A stretch of DNA of 63,985 bases, filler included, from Catajapyx aquilonaris (lineage: Eukaryota): assembly GCA_000934665.2 (NCBI GenBank). It is 3 parts of 3 records of this genome, joined end to end, with 100 filler letters (N's around TTAATTAATTAA, not from the genome) between each part and the next. Parts side by side here need not be neighbours in the genome. Positions count along the whole stretch, not along the records: positions 21,407 to 42,682 come from KZ539474.1; 2 more parts are not named here. One strand, 5' to 3'. A program made the translations under genes and the position numbers. Within the stretch, counting starts at the first letter, position 1; each line of letters starts with the position of its first letter. The notes below the pieces were generated by a model, which was not told where the DNA came from, searched no databases, and saw nothing but the letters and a program-made list of their open reading frames with translations. Shown here one piece after another: positions 27,461 to 40,521 of the stretch.

Positions 27461-28044
27461 TTGGTTGTCGCGACAGTGCCTGCAAGAACAAATAGAGTAA
27501 TAATTGAAGGATAACAGTGCCTGGAAGAAGAGGTTGGTAATAAAGATTTGGAGGTAATAGTTCCTGGAAAATAAACAATATCATCAAATGTCAAGAAATT
27601 CAACCATTTGCCAAACAACAATATGGTGATTTATTTCCAGCATCCACATGGCATAGTGGGTAACAAGAAACTGCAACGAGTTATGGGCGTTTTCTAAACC
27701 AGCCATCCCGACACGAAATTGGCGTCCTGACGTTTAAGTTTAGTCCAGCTAGGAAAGTGTTCTGGCTTTTTTTTAAAGAGCATTTCGGGGTTTGACCCTT
27801 TCATTATAACATCCATTTTGCAGAATGGATGGTTTGAAAAGGAGCATTCTGCAGAATGGACGATTTAAAACGTCCATACTGCAGAATGCTCCGTGTCCGT
27901 GGACAAGGAGCATTCTGCAGAATGCTCCATCCATTCTGCGGAATGGATGGTTTGGCATAGAGCATTATGCAGTATGGACTTTTTTTTCGCCCAATGGCCG
28001 TTTTCGGGGTTTAAGCCTAACATATACACTCGTCAGCACAATTA

Positions 28045-28163
28045 GGGTACTAGACCTTATCCTAAAGGGCAGGCCACCCTCAGCACCTGGCCAAGCTAAA
28101 CAGCTTGAGAAGTGTTGCCGGTGGCCTATCCTTCACGATAAACCTGATTCAGGTCTAGTACCC
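28045..28163. mobile_element. PIF/Harbinger-type MITE
   Basis: TIR gggtactagacct / aggtctagtaccc flanked by TTA/TAA. Confidence 0.7.
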
Positions 28164-29732
28164 TAATTGTGGCGGCAACTGTACTGTACGATCCTCTTAT
28201 TAGTATCAGACGTAGAAGGTCGAGCAAACACTATGATTAAAAAAAAAAAAAAAAAAACAGGTGGGCCAAAGTATGACTGCTGTTCCCTACCTGCAAACAA
28301 TACTGCAGGCGGACGGGTTGCAATTTTCGACCCACTCTTGCGCATTCCAAATTTGCACTTTGACTTTGTAACGATTTTCTCGACTGTACAACAGCAGCCT
28401 AAGGCCAATATCCACATTTACGTGGGAATTTCCTGGCAAACACGGCTAGAACTGTGCATCACTCTGTTACAGAACCGGGGCCCGTACTTTACACGAATAA
28501 CAATTTTCCAGGCCAACATCAGGCTGCAACGGTGCCCTCTCAAAATCGCGCCCAAATCTCACGAGTCGCGTTTAACTCTCCGGTTACAAGGTTCCACGAT
28601 ATGAGACGCCATGTGCGACCCTGTCTGCGACACCCCAGCTTCATTTGTCAGCAGCCATTTCAAAGTCAAATGGGGATTGACCCTGTGAGTCCCAGACGCG
28701 ATCGAAAGTCGCTCTCTTCTTCTTCTTCTTCTTCTCCTCTTTTTTTGGGGGAGGTGGGNNNNNNNNNNNNNNNNNNNNNNGGGGGGGGGGTGGGGGGGGG
28801 GACCTTCCATCTCCTGGTTCCAAAAGCTGCCCCTATATCCCTGGATGCTAATCTCGCAGGAGAGATATGATAGGAAACGGGGCTTTGCCGTGGAACAGGT
28901 CGCCATATGCAACCCTTGGATTTGACAGATCACTGAAAGCTGCCCCATAATTTTGCTGTGGGATCAACTGATCTATTTATTCCACTAGGCGTCTCGTATA
29001 AGACCAGCCCCTTTAGAGACCGTGCTTTGGGCAAGTCTAGGGGATTTTGGCTAGATCTGGTGTCTTGACCTGTGCAAAAATGGTAGCCACCTGCCAAACT
29101 TGAAGGTCAGTCAGATTTCCAAGTGAGCTGTAATTTGGAAGTGTTGGCGGCAGTGTTGTTGATCCGGCTCAAGCTGGCGCCAGCAACTTCAATCCGGTCG
29201 TTGTTGGCCTTTTCAAGCGCAGCCAGTTCCAGACTTCCAGTGGCCTCTCACATTCAATATTTGCCATCTTCACGCGCGAGTGTGGTCATTTACGACTCCA
29301 AATGCCCTCCAAAAAAGCCGCATGAGAACCGACTTCCAGGCCTCCTAACAACACCCGACAAGCTACACGATGTCATAATCACCCCATTTCGCAGCCCTGC
29401 TGGCAAGGTGCACATTTTTTTTTTTTTTTTGCAGACAATGGTATCCTGGCGCCATACAACAATAACCACTCTATTCTCAGATCTGTCCGAGTTGACGTCA
29501 CTTTATTGCATTAGTGACTTATGACAGAAATGACGACGTCATTTTTAACGTAAATAAGAGAATACCCAGGTGAAGGCTCGGTAAAATTCACATAAGGTGA
29601 TAATGGTTGTCCCCCTGATTTTATTTTTCATTTATTCAGTACAGTCACGAGCTACATGATTATACTACCCACAGACCAACTTCTAGTCAAAAAAAATTAA
29701 CATGCCCTAAATATTGTGACCTCTGTGGTTAA

Positions 29733-30429
29733 GAGGGCACTACAGTCATCGACCTTTTTAAAAAAATCGTTTTGTTTTTTTTTGAAAAAAATCAAGCGTC
29801 TTTTCCTGCGTCGAACGCGGCAAACCGCGTCCCGAAATTCAAAAAATTGGCGCGTCGGGAGCCGACGCTTGGCAACCTTGCCTGGCAACGACCTTAGGAA
29901 TCTTTTAACTTTAAACGCGTTTTTCTCAGTTTGCCGGATTTGGACACTGTCACCATAGCCCAGGCCAAAAAAAATTAGCTACGGACTTCCCGTTTCACCA
30001 GATTTATCCTCAAACATGGCGCTATCGTTCGGCCTAAAAGAATTAGCCTGCTCGAACTACTTCTATTTTTACTTTAATTACATGTTTTCTCAAAACTGCT
30101 TAATTTTGTATAGTTATCTTTCTGAAATCGCCAAACGATTTCAAAAATTATAATTTTAGGTCAAACGAAAACTACATTCTCAAGGAAGCCTGAGGTCCAA
30201 TCTGACGGTTGTAGCCTTGTAGGTTGACCCCAGCGCCCTAAATCGTGGGTACAGTGGCGTGACGTCACGCGGCCCTGGAGGCCCTTCGACACACGAACGT
30301 GATTCGCTTATAGGCGCAAATCGGTCTTTGACTTATGTACATTCATGAAAATAAAGTCCAACGTCTTGTCTCTAATGTTTTTTTTTTGTGATTTTTCACA
30401 AAACACTTGATTTTGACTGTAGTGCCCCC
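29733..30429. mobile_element. Kolobok-type non-autonomous DNA transposon
   Basis: TTAA TSD on both sides; 16-bp TIR gagggcactacagtca / tgactgtagtgccccc (5'-RR..YY-3' ends); internal gtgacgtcac and aaacatggcg motifs. Confidence 0.8.
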
Positions 30430-30492
30430 TTAAGCAATACACGGTAGGATTTCAACAGAGGATTTCTTATGGACCGCACTGTACCCACCATT

Positions 30493-30560
30493 CCCTAAGC
30501 AATCTGATTGGAGGATCAGAGGGTGAGGACCTCTGCTCCACCAAATCAGATCGCTTAGGG
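30493..30560. repeat. 68-nt imperfect hairpin
   Basis: ccctaagcaatctgattggaggatcagagg pairs with cctctgctccaccaaatcagatcgcttaggg. Confidence 0.65.
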
Positions 30561-32471
30561 TGTCTGGAGGGGCAGAGGTCGCCGCCTACTTTTTGAGAAG
30601 TTATGCTGTGGGTACACTGTATGACTAACCAAGGCCAGATTCTCCAGATGATATCACTGCTCGCTTTGCAGAGACATCACCGGTTTTATACTGAACTCTC
30701 TGAGCTCCTTACCCTGATCTGTTCCCATCTTCTTGCTTTCGTGTGTACAGTACATCCTTACATGAGGGTCCATAGATGCCTTAGACTAGTGTTTTAGGTT
30801 TATGCGTACTGGGCCTCAACTACTGTATTATTCCAACAGGAAACAATTCATCCGACAGCAGGCTCTCACGCTTCACCTACTATCATAGACGTACAGGCCT
30901 CATGCTGCCAGCTGCAGATTGAAATTGGGCTCAGCACAGAAGACCGCTTTGGAATACCGGCACTTTGCATTAATACTAAGACTACTTCAATGCTCGAAGA
31001 TTCCCATATGAAAAGTCCTTCCTCAGTTCAACAATGACTTAATTCGGTTCCTTTTTTAAAACTGTACCCAACTTTTGCTTTCCACAGCTCCTCTTCCAGG
31101 TTCTGTCGGAGGATTCGCCGCCTGATTGGAAGCGGAGCTGATTTTCACCTTGGGACGCCTTCAGGAATGGGAATGAGCACAAAGGTATACGGAGAGGATT
31201 CGGTGCAACAGATAGATAAGGAGAGAAGCTCTGGATGGATAATTTAGGATTATGCATTTCTGCACCCTCCTGATTATGGGATTCCTATTCGCACCCCCTA
31301 AAACTATTAATCTGTCAGAAATGCTGCGCCGTCGTCTAAAAGCATCAGACATGGTATAAAACATCCTATTTCGGCGACACCGATTTTGACCCCACCTCTC
31401 TCTGATTTTTTTTTTTCCAACCCTACTCGCCATGTCCAGAACTATAACACACCAGTTCATTCATGCCGGAATAAAATTTCCCGCTTCAAAAGGTAGAGCA
31501 CGTGTTGCGAGGACGTGAATCCTGAAACTCCATCTACTGTGACATAATGGGCGAGCTAACCGACCATTTTTATGACAGAATGTGCCACTGTTAACTGATG
31601 CGAAAATTACCGACGAAATAGAGAGAAAAAAACGGACCACCTACAATAATTCAGAAAAAAATATCGTCATTAATACATAAATGTTTAAAGTTGAATACGA
31701 GCACAGTACTTGTGTTGCAATAACGAGGGTTCCCATGGGACAAAACCGGTGTGCACGTCGGTCCAGAAATAATTACGGGCATTTAGTTGATGAATCCCGC
31801 CCTCCAGCCAGGCTTCATTTCCATTATAAGTGACTTATCCAATACGTCCTGTACAGCAGATATGAATCACCACAGCTTGTCATTCCCATTCCCAAGGGTT
31901 AGCCATTTCACCAGTCCTCACCAGTTACATCATTCTTATTACCCACTTAACACCAGTTCCAGCCAGCCTTAACCCCTGCATCACCAGCCTAAATATGTCC
32001 GAAATTAGAGCAAAGTGAAACTTGTCTATAACGGACCCTGAGCACTGCAGATACTTCTTCATTACGGACACTTCTTCGCCCTGGTGTAGTGACAACTGAC
32101 GGTTCAACTATTGGAGAATTGTCAAATCTGGTCCAGTAACATCGTAACTCTTATTTGAGCGCAGATTGCCATGCCCATAATCTGGGAACTACTGAGTTAT
32201 TACAGGCAATGTTTTTTTTCTATGACGGTACTATATACGATAATATTTATAATGAAGTCGTGCAATTCAGTTAACAAGTGCATGTTCTATACCAAGAATA
32301 GATTTTTTTTCCCCAACGTTGGCTGCAGTGCTAATTACCACTGGAGTCCGTAAGTATCACACTCGTTTTCGGGTTAATTGAAATAGTAATAATTGCACCT
32401 GGTAGCTTCAAAATTTTGGTATTTTCATGTACCATTCACATTTTGGAGATGTGAGCATCTTTCCATGAATT

Positions 32472-32553
32472 AATGAATCGGTCATTTGGAAAAGGGGTCA
32501 TCTCCAGCTCATTTCCAGAGGATATGACCCCTTTTCAAAATGACCGATTCATT
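32472..32553. repeat. 82-nt hairpin (mini-MITE-like)
   Basis: aatgaatcggtcatttggaaaaggggtcat pairs with atgaccccttttcaaaatgaccgattcatt (1 mismatch). Confidence 0.75.
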
Positions 32554-35500
32554 TAAAGAAGCATTTTTTTTAACGATCATTCGAAACTTTTCTAACTTAC
32601 GATTCACTTCATTTCCGCCTTAAATGTAAGTTTTAGGCAAGCATCGATAACTCTCTCACGTATCACAAAGCAGTTCGCAAGCGTGACTTAACCGCGGTGT
32701 CCAGCAGCACATTTTTTATCGATTAATCATACAGCATAACCATACTATACGTATCAACGATAATGCACCTGAAGGCTTCTCGTTATATGCAGTCGTTACG
32801 TTCCGACAATAGCGATGTAAGTTATGGAGAAAAGACGTAAAGCGTAATGTGTTCGCCCATAAAAAGGAACTATGATGAGGACTCAAAGACACCCATCCCA
32901 TTCGTTATCTATTTCATATTTTGCTTGTGGCCATACGGGAATATGCCATGATAAGCCGTATGATGTACACAAGCAATAACACAAAATATAATGATAATAA
33001 TCATATGAGAGAGTAAATTAATACATTCAGTATAGAGAGACACAAAATAGCTCTCTCTAAACGTAAATCCCAGTCTACGTCGAGCTTAAAGCGAGACTTT
33101 TAAGCATTTCAGTGGAGATTTTCAGTCTGAGAGTGACAACATGTGTTACTCGGATCGGAGAATAATTGCGAAAACAACGTTCCAGTTAATCCCGGTGCAC
33201 ATCAGGAGGAAAACAAATAAAACTGCCACACCATGTCTCATCCTGGAAATCTCCGAACCACGTAGCAAAGAGAGAAAGAACTGCATTAAAGCTTTAAAGC
33301 TAACCCGCCGATGTATACTGACAGGTGAAAAATATTTCCAAGTATTTGAGTGATTCTCCAAAAACCTACCATTTTCAAGGCAAAAATTAATGAATTTCAA
33401 AACAGGTTTTAAAAATCTGAAAAAAATTCACACTTACTCTATAGGCGGTCACAAACAAGGAAAAAATAAGGGGAACTACCTTTCATACTTTGAAATGGTT
33501 GAAACTAGTTATTTAAATTTTAGCCACCAGAGAGTAACAGATGGTGCAAGGAGAGTGACATAACCATTATTTCTGTGGCTCAGAAACAATTAAACCTAAT
33601 CAAAGCATGTATACAGTACATCTTCCATGCACAGATGTGTCCAAATAACTAGTGTCCGAGTTTCATGTCTTTATCACCGAATCCAAGCTCCCTCTTCAAA
33701 TACAAACGCATGTTGCTGTTTGTTGCATACGGGAACCCCGCGAAAATGACCTCCAGTCACCCAGCGTGGCCCCACTTCCGGATATGTTCATATGTGCCCA
33801 AATACCCATTGTGGCGAGTTTCATGTTTTTATCACCGAATACAAGGTCCTAAAGGTATGCTGCACCTGGTAGATATGGCAACCCTGCGAACGTGACCTGC
33901 ACCGGGGTGGGTCGTCGTGGCCCCTCGTCCAGATATTCTAAGAAGTGTCCAAAGAACTAGTGTACCGAGTTTCATAATTTTATTACAAAATGCAAAGTTG
34001 AAACCCTTATACATGTACAATATTCGTACGCAAACAACAATAATTATATTTAAGATCCATATTCACAACTGAAACAGCATATTTATTTATTTATTATTTA
34101 TTTATTTATTTATCTTATTTAAAATTACGAATCACCACCAAATTCATTGCGGATTACGGCAATACCAATCATTAGAATCAATCATTTAAATTGTTGCGAT
34201 GTTATAGCGTAACAATACGTTCACATCCTGATCAAGTAGTTTTGATAGCGTAGACCTACAACGTAAATAAAATTGTGCTACTTACCGGATGTACCTAAGT
34301 ATAATATGAACGCATCAGCAATAGATCTACCATTTCACTTCACTCTTGAACATCTACCTGGAAAGTAGCAGTTTGCTATTGAAAATTGTCATTTTTTATG
34401 CTTCCCTCGCTAAATTATTTTTTTGCGTAAAACTTGATTTTATGAGTAGGCCTACTAGGCACAGTAAGAAGTATAAGGCAACATAATAATTACATTTTTA
34501 AAATCCATCAAGCTCGACAATCCTACGCAATAGACCAAAACATATGGAACACGTCGTAGTTGACAAAACAACAGTTACGTTAACAAAATATTTCGCTCTG
34601 TACAATCACAAAAAAAAATTGTTACATAATAAAACGAAGTGATTTATTTACTAAAATGGTTTATTATGTAAACCCACATCTTCGTGACGCCAACATGAAG
34701 AACTTGTGTCAGCAACAAAGGTACTTATTGGATGCATAATTATGCATTCTCCTCCTACTCACATTGTCCAAATCACTTACAACCTGGTCGGTCATTCCTC
34801 CCGAGTTGGAACCAGTTTCCGCAATGTTCATCAGTGTCCACCATTCTAAACCAGTCCTAGCCAGTCCCCCATGTGACCACCCCTAGGCCATTCTCCATTA
34901 AAATATGGTCCTGGCGGCAATAGTTTCGGCCATAATTTAGTGAACAGGCTGGCAATCTTGGACTCGAGCGGCCCACCTTATTGGCGACCCACCCAGCCGG
35001 GCATCCCCCCCACCCCCCCACCCCCCCATCCAAAAACCGCATATCTCAGGTCCCCACCACGTGACGGAGGCACTCAGGCTGGGAAATGGCTGCGGCAGGC
35101 CTACCAACGTATTCCATCAACCTCTTCCCTACACCCCGATGGTTTGCGCTCACTCGCGGTCTCCCAACAATCAATAAACGTGTCTGTGCAGGAGATGGAA
35201 GGTGCGACCAAGGATAGAGAGGGAGAGATGGGGAGGAGGGAGAAGTGTAGAAGCAGCATCCAGGATACCCCTTTTTCCCACCCACCAACCCAACCCCACC
35301 TTGGCTGCTGCATGGGAATTTCATTAGGGGGAAAGGAGGCAGGTTGGCGCCGCCAGGGGCCTGCTCGCCTTAACTTCGACCCGACACATTTCCTTTTGTC
35401 GGCAACACCTGCTGGGTCCACTCGCAAGATGCAACAAGCCACTGCCCACACACCCCCCAAAAATGGGCTGGCAATCCTGGCATATTTCATTCATATAACA

Positions 35501-36205
35501 GGCTGGGCGTTCATCTCACCTGCTGAAGACACTGGATGGTGGGAGATGGCAAATTTAAGGCGGTTTATAGCAACTTGTCTGACCCGATGACCCTCCAGGT
35601 CCATCTGCTGCAGTCAGCTCCAAACACAAAATCTGATGGAAAATATAGAGAGCAAAAATGGACTAGGGTCAGGAACCCCTATGAGTTTATCCTAGTGACG
35701 AGTTTGTTTGACTTTACTAGCCATTAAAGCCTAGTTTATCCTAGTGTGAATATACAAATAAAAAGGTTGGTGTTTAAATGTCTCTTTTTTTAAATTGAAG
35801 CGGTTTAGTTCAGTGGATGGTGAGGTTTGAGCCGAGACAGTGCAAGCACCAGGCAGACACACTGGCAGAGGGTGTTAGGCTATGGCTAGTGGGCAAATTG
35901 GTTTTAAATGCTTGTCGACTACTGGAGGTGATGTGCAGGCAACCAACATTAAATATTTCACTAACGTTTTAAATTACCACGACCCGTGCCACCGGGATTA
36001 CACAGCGTGGCCTGCTGCCCAGTTCACACTAGAAAAAGAGTGCTCAACGGAATTATTCAAACTGTGACTTTCACATGTGGTGAATGAAATGGGGCTAGAG
36101 GGAACCTGTGTTTAATTTTTCATCCCACATTGTCAATTACATAATAAACAATTATATAAATAAATAATTAACAACTAAACATTGAGAATATTTATTATTA
36201 ACAGC

Positions 36206-36226
36206 AATAACAACAACAACAACAAC

Positions 36227-36289
<63 letters not shown>
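36206..36289. repeat. Compound (AAC)n(AAT)n microsatellite
   Basis: Directly visible. Confidence 0.95.
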
Positions 36290-38239
36290 TGCGATAATAA
36301 TTGCGACATGCGGTGAAATCAATCATATAGTGTCCTTTTAACAGAGGACAATATATGCTCAACTTCTCAGCACTATAATGAGGTAGGCCTACAGGGAAAC
36401 TCCAATTTTCGGGTGTAATGTCAGTAGTATTTGCTTACATAATACGAAACCATGGCAGGAAGGCTGATACCACTACACTGCATCCGATACGTATTCGATA
36501 CAGTCAAATATACTGTACATAGAGTATCGACTCATTCCACCAATCAACAGTTGGTGCTTCATTGCAAGGCTATGTACACAGGCTCACGTCTCACCGACTA
36601 ATTGCGGCAGATAAAATTCCAGTGCTTTAAGTCATGGACACTGCTAACCTACAAATTAGTGTGCTTTAATTCTTAATTTTATACTTAAAAATTAACAGCA
36701 TGTTGGTATCGATACATTTACTCTAGTTTATAATGCAAAGTATTGAAATGCGGAGCACCATGGTGGCAAGAGAGGCACCGATTACACAGCCTTTCAATGA
36801 AGCACCAATGTTTGATTCATGCGATGGAATAAGTCAATCTGGCTGCCTCGAATAGGCCTGCCCATAGGTTACCCTGACATAGCTGGCATCATCCCCCCAT
36901 CATGTGTCGCAACGGATTTGTATCCTGAGCGAATAAGCTTACCAATGAAACACCAAAATATAGTAGAGCAAAACCTTTCGGGGGAACAAAGTATAATTTG
37001 TTGGATAATACGGATAATAAGTACCGGTATTCCACTGACGTTCCGCCAATACAGCTGCAAAACTGCCAATACAGGAGCCCTCCCACTATGAGAAGTATCC
37101 ATCATGGCCGGTTTTGTACAGAATCAGCCCAACCCGCAGCTTGTCAGAAAAACGGAAAAAATTGCAATAGACTCGTTGTGACATATGAGGGCCTGTCCCG
37201 CATTTGTACCCTCTTAAATAACTTTGCATATTTTTTTCAGTTTCAGCGGTTTTGCCCAAATTTACATGCAAAAGGAATGTGCCAAACTAGCGGAAAGAAT
37301 GGGAGTCAGCAGCAGGAAGTATAATGCTGAGGTACCCTAATTTTTTGAGGGTGTGTCTAACTTATATCTCCAGAACGGGATATTTAGTGTGGCTCAATTC
37401 CACCAAAATTGAATGTAGATACATGTGTCGGCGGTACCTGACGTAATCCTGGTCCAATCGTCCGAATGAATAAATGCCCTGTGATGACTGTGTCCAGCCA
37501 AAATTTGGATTTCATCCTGACCTGGTATGCAACCGCACCTTTGTCTCATGTGAGACATAACCGGCAGGCGCGCAGAAGTCGAATATATTGGATGTCATAC
37601 CTCCATACTCTATAGACTTATATTTAGAGAGTCATATGATGCGGAGCAGTTTTACACATGGACGGTGTTATGCAGTAACCATGTAACCCACAAATCGTAA
37701 AAATTCCAGTAACCATCGTGCATAGTGCTCAAAGCGGTCCCCAACATTTAGCAAAAATCGTGTATACCACCTCTGCATTGTCCTGCGATCTGTAGACAAA
37801 TTTGGTAACCCACATCGTCCCAATTGCCGATCCTCGTTTTGCAGTAACCACGTAACCCACGGAATTGCAAATGTCAGCCTCCAGGAACACAACCTCGTGC
37901 AGGGACCAACCAGTAAGTTGCTTAACACGATATAATACAACATTATAATAAACTTTGAAACAGTATGAGGAGCTCATGGCGTAACAATAAGTAGTTTGCT
38001 GACAGTATTATATTCGTAATAAACCAAACAAAAACCGATCTGATGATGATCGATTCCATGTGTTGTTTAGATTCTGAGTCGTGGGCAACGATTAGTCATC
38101 CTTGGGAGGCAAGCATATACAACAAGACATCCACAAAACAGACAGTAGATGACCAGGTCCAGGCAGAACAGGAGGCGAGCGAATGCTCAAGTACATTAAT
38201 GTAATGAAAGAATGTCGCCGCACCAACAAATTCAGTCAA

Positions 38240-38669
38240 TCGAATTTCAAAAAGCCACTTCTTGTCTGTTGCCCCACTGGAAGCATCCATCACCAACAGG
38301 AAGGTAGACGTCAACAAACAACCGATCAACTGGCTCAAAACTCATGAGATTGTTCTCACCAAAGATGAACCATACCACCTAATAATGAAGAATGTCAAGT
38401 TAGAAGAACCTCAGGTTGTGAACATTGCTAAGGTTCAGAGGGGACGACCGACGCAGTCTCTGTTCTCTGGGCGCCTGCCATTATTGTGGCAAAATGGTAA
38501 AGCACTGAGTTCTGCAAAACTTGCAGATCTGAAAGAGCTCATGGACTTAGTACCCAAGGACGCTGAGTATTAGTTCTACACATTTGTTTCTGAACCAAGA
38601 CTTGATTTTGAAGATGGCATTGACGGTTACGGACGAGAGATGGACTTTACTATTGAACAAGTGGAATAG
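38240..38669 (+). pseudogene. Sola1 transposase C-terminal remnant
   Basis: FLSVAPLEASITNRKVDVNKQPINWLK...RGRP...LWQNGKALSSAKLADLKELMDLVP...*FY..DFEDGIDG matches the pattern I recall for Sola1 C-termini; in-frame stop at 38571 and no catalytic core. Confidence 0.7.
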
Positions 38670-39074
38670 AAATGCGTGCAATTTAATTCATTGTTAATAA
38701 TGAACAGTTACTGCAGAATAATGCACTCAGACAACAGTATACATGATCATGAATCTGTAATGCAAAATTCGAAATGCTGTTGTGGTAATCATTTTGCAAT
38801 AAACATGTAAATACACTTACCCCTGTTTTCTAAATAGTCTTAGTTTCTCGAGTATAATTTGCAATAATCATGTATGTCACATACGTCTTGTTCATGACAA
38901 CTTTCAAGAAAAATCTTTAACCTAACATTGGCGCCTGTTAACAAATAATCTTATAGCATCGGCAAAATATAGGTACGGCTTATCGTGTTTCAGTGGGATT
39001 TTTGTACGTTAACACAACTTCTACTCGTTTTTTCTCGGTTTCAACATGTTGTGGGTCACATGGTTACTGCATAA

Positions 39075-39243
39075 AGGCCCATTCACACAGGCCGTCGACG
39101 GTTTTGGTTTTTGGTCTCGTCGACACCGCGGACCAATCAGAACGGGCCCTCACGTAAACAACGCGTCATGGTTACCGTGAGGGCCTGCTCTGATTGGTCC
39201 AAAACCAAAACCAAAACCGTCGACGGCCTGTGTGAACGGGCCT
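39075..39243. mobile_element. PIF/Harbinger (Tourist-like) MITE
   Basis: TIR aggcccattcacacaggccgtcgacggttttggtttt; TAA TSD on both sides; same family as 43552-43734. Confidence 0.9.
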
Positions 39244-39629
39244 TAACACCGTCCACATATGGCTGAGAAATTAATGCTTCCGTAAATATTTGGCATATAA
39301 AATCACGAGGTAGTCCAAAAACCGCAATGAAAAAACGAAACCGGATAATATTGTCCAATATATTCCTTCCCTACGACAGCATCCTAATATGAAATCTAGC
39401 TTTGTTAGGCATCTAACTTGGCAAACAACAGGTCTGTCAGGTTGGCCCCAAATCCCAATGACACCAATCAGAAAATGATTCTAACATAATTTTAAAAATA
39501 TCCTTTTAACTTCCTCATTCCCTGTACCAATGCTCGCTGAAACTCTCTACCGAGACCCAAGCTAAACTCTCCGCATATCGACCGGCACCCGCACTAGCTT
39601 TCCCATTTTCAGAAGAAACACAAGCTCAA

Positions 39630-40330
39630 GTTATGTACTCATGACGTGACCAACCATTAATCGGGACATGGTGGTAGATGTCGAGAAGAGCCTGCAGCAC
39701 ATTTCTAGTGTCTTGCAGTTTGCTCCCAGTTAATATTCGCCGACTACACATAGATACTGTATACTCTACTGGTCTACGCCATCCGCATTTACATATAGGG
39801 TCTACGTACACCTAGAACCACAAAGTGGGTCGTGGATGAATGCCTCTCTTGTATAGCCCGGATTGCAGAAGGTTGAGAACCGTTGTTCTCAGACCTTGCG
39901 GATCATGCGGTTTTCCTTTGAAGGCTACTCAGCATGGTGTCGCATACCGTGTGTCTGACAACCCACTCACCAAATCCATCCGGAAAAAAAAATACACGGC
40001 ACCAAATCGATTACCACTCTTTACCTATCTTTCCTCGACTGTTGCTTCGACTGGCACCAGACACGTAATAAAGCAACTACTTAAAGCAATATGCGGGCCT
40101 CATTAAACAAGTAAGTGCGCATCGGATGATCAATGTGATCCGAACAATCGTGGGCAAAAGACCGGCCGAATATTGGCAATCCCTCTTCGCCGGAGCAAGC
40201 CCACTACTGCTCCTTGGGGAACAATATTGCGCTCCAACGCCGTGGCCTCACCAAATCCAAAATTGCTTATCGCAAGTAATAAAATCCAGCGCTGTCTCTG
40301 ACCCCCAGTACGTGAAAAAGGGATTTCGTG
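39630..40330 (-). mobile_element. Decayed non-LTR retrotransposon 3' fragment (Ingi/RTE-like)
   Basis: Interrupted translations TYWGSET...AQYCSP and VLNLLQSG...LW..DPICKCG...VEYTVSMC resemble the WG..AEYC.PVW and LNRLRTG..C.CG..T..H...C motifs. Confidence 0.45.
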
Positions 40331-40521
40331 CTCTCTCAAACCACACTCCCACAGGCACAGCTTGGCTTGGTTACGTGGCTCTGGTCGGGGATGGTGGTCA
40401 CGGGGCTTCAGGTAGGTCAGTCATATTACGAGGAAATGGGGGAAAGGCTAAACTCGTCCTTTCTCTATATATACGCCGTGACATTTTCTGTACTACTGAT
40501 GTGGTTACCAATTTGTTCACA

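Larger units (their letters stand above)
26519..28027. mobile_element. Non-autonomous foldback DNA transposon with >300-bp inverted arms and subterminal palindromic repeats
   Basis: ttaggctcaaaccccgaaaacggccattgggcgaaaaaa pairs with tttttcgcccaatggccgttttcggggtttaagcctaa. Inner arms 26740-26843 and 27646-27745 also pair. Repeated cattctgcagaatg units occur in both arms. Confidence 0.85.
37660..39254 (+). mobile_element. Sola1-type DNA transposon, internally deleted
   Basis: TIR ggacggtgttatgcagtaaccatgtaacccaca; the right copy is reconstructed by removing the MITE at 39075-39243. 4-bp TSD ACAT on both sides; transposase C-terminal remnant inside. Confidence 0.85.

Noticed and set aside
26442..28166. 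Mirror-image ORFs with repeated SILQN / FCRMLL peptides
   Set aside because: Products of the palindromic subterminal repeats of a foldback element.
31088..31184. Plus-strand exon-like segment (ttccacag|...aaag|gtat)
   Set aside because: Splice-like signals only; no recognisable peptide or partner exons.
34940..35590. 216-aa ORF
   Set aside because: Low-complexity GC-rich stretch with a non-ATG start, open on both strands, no domain.
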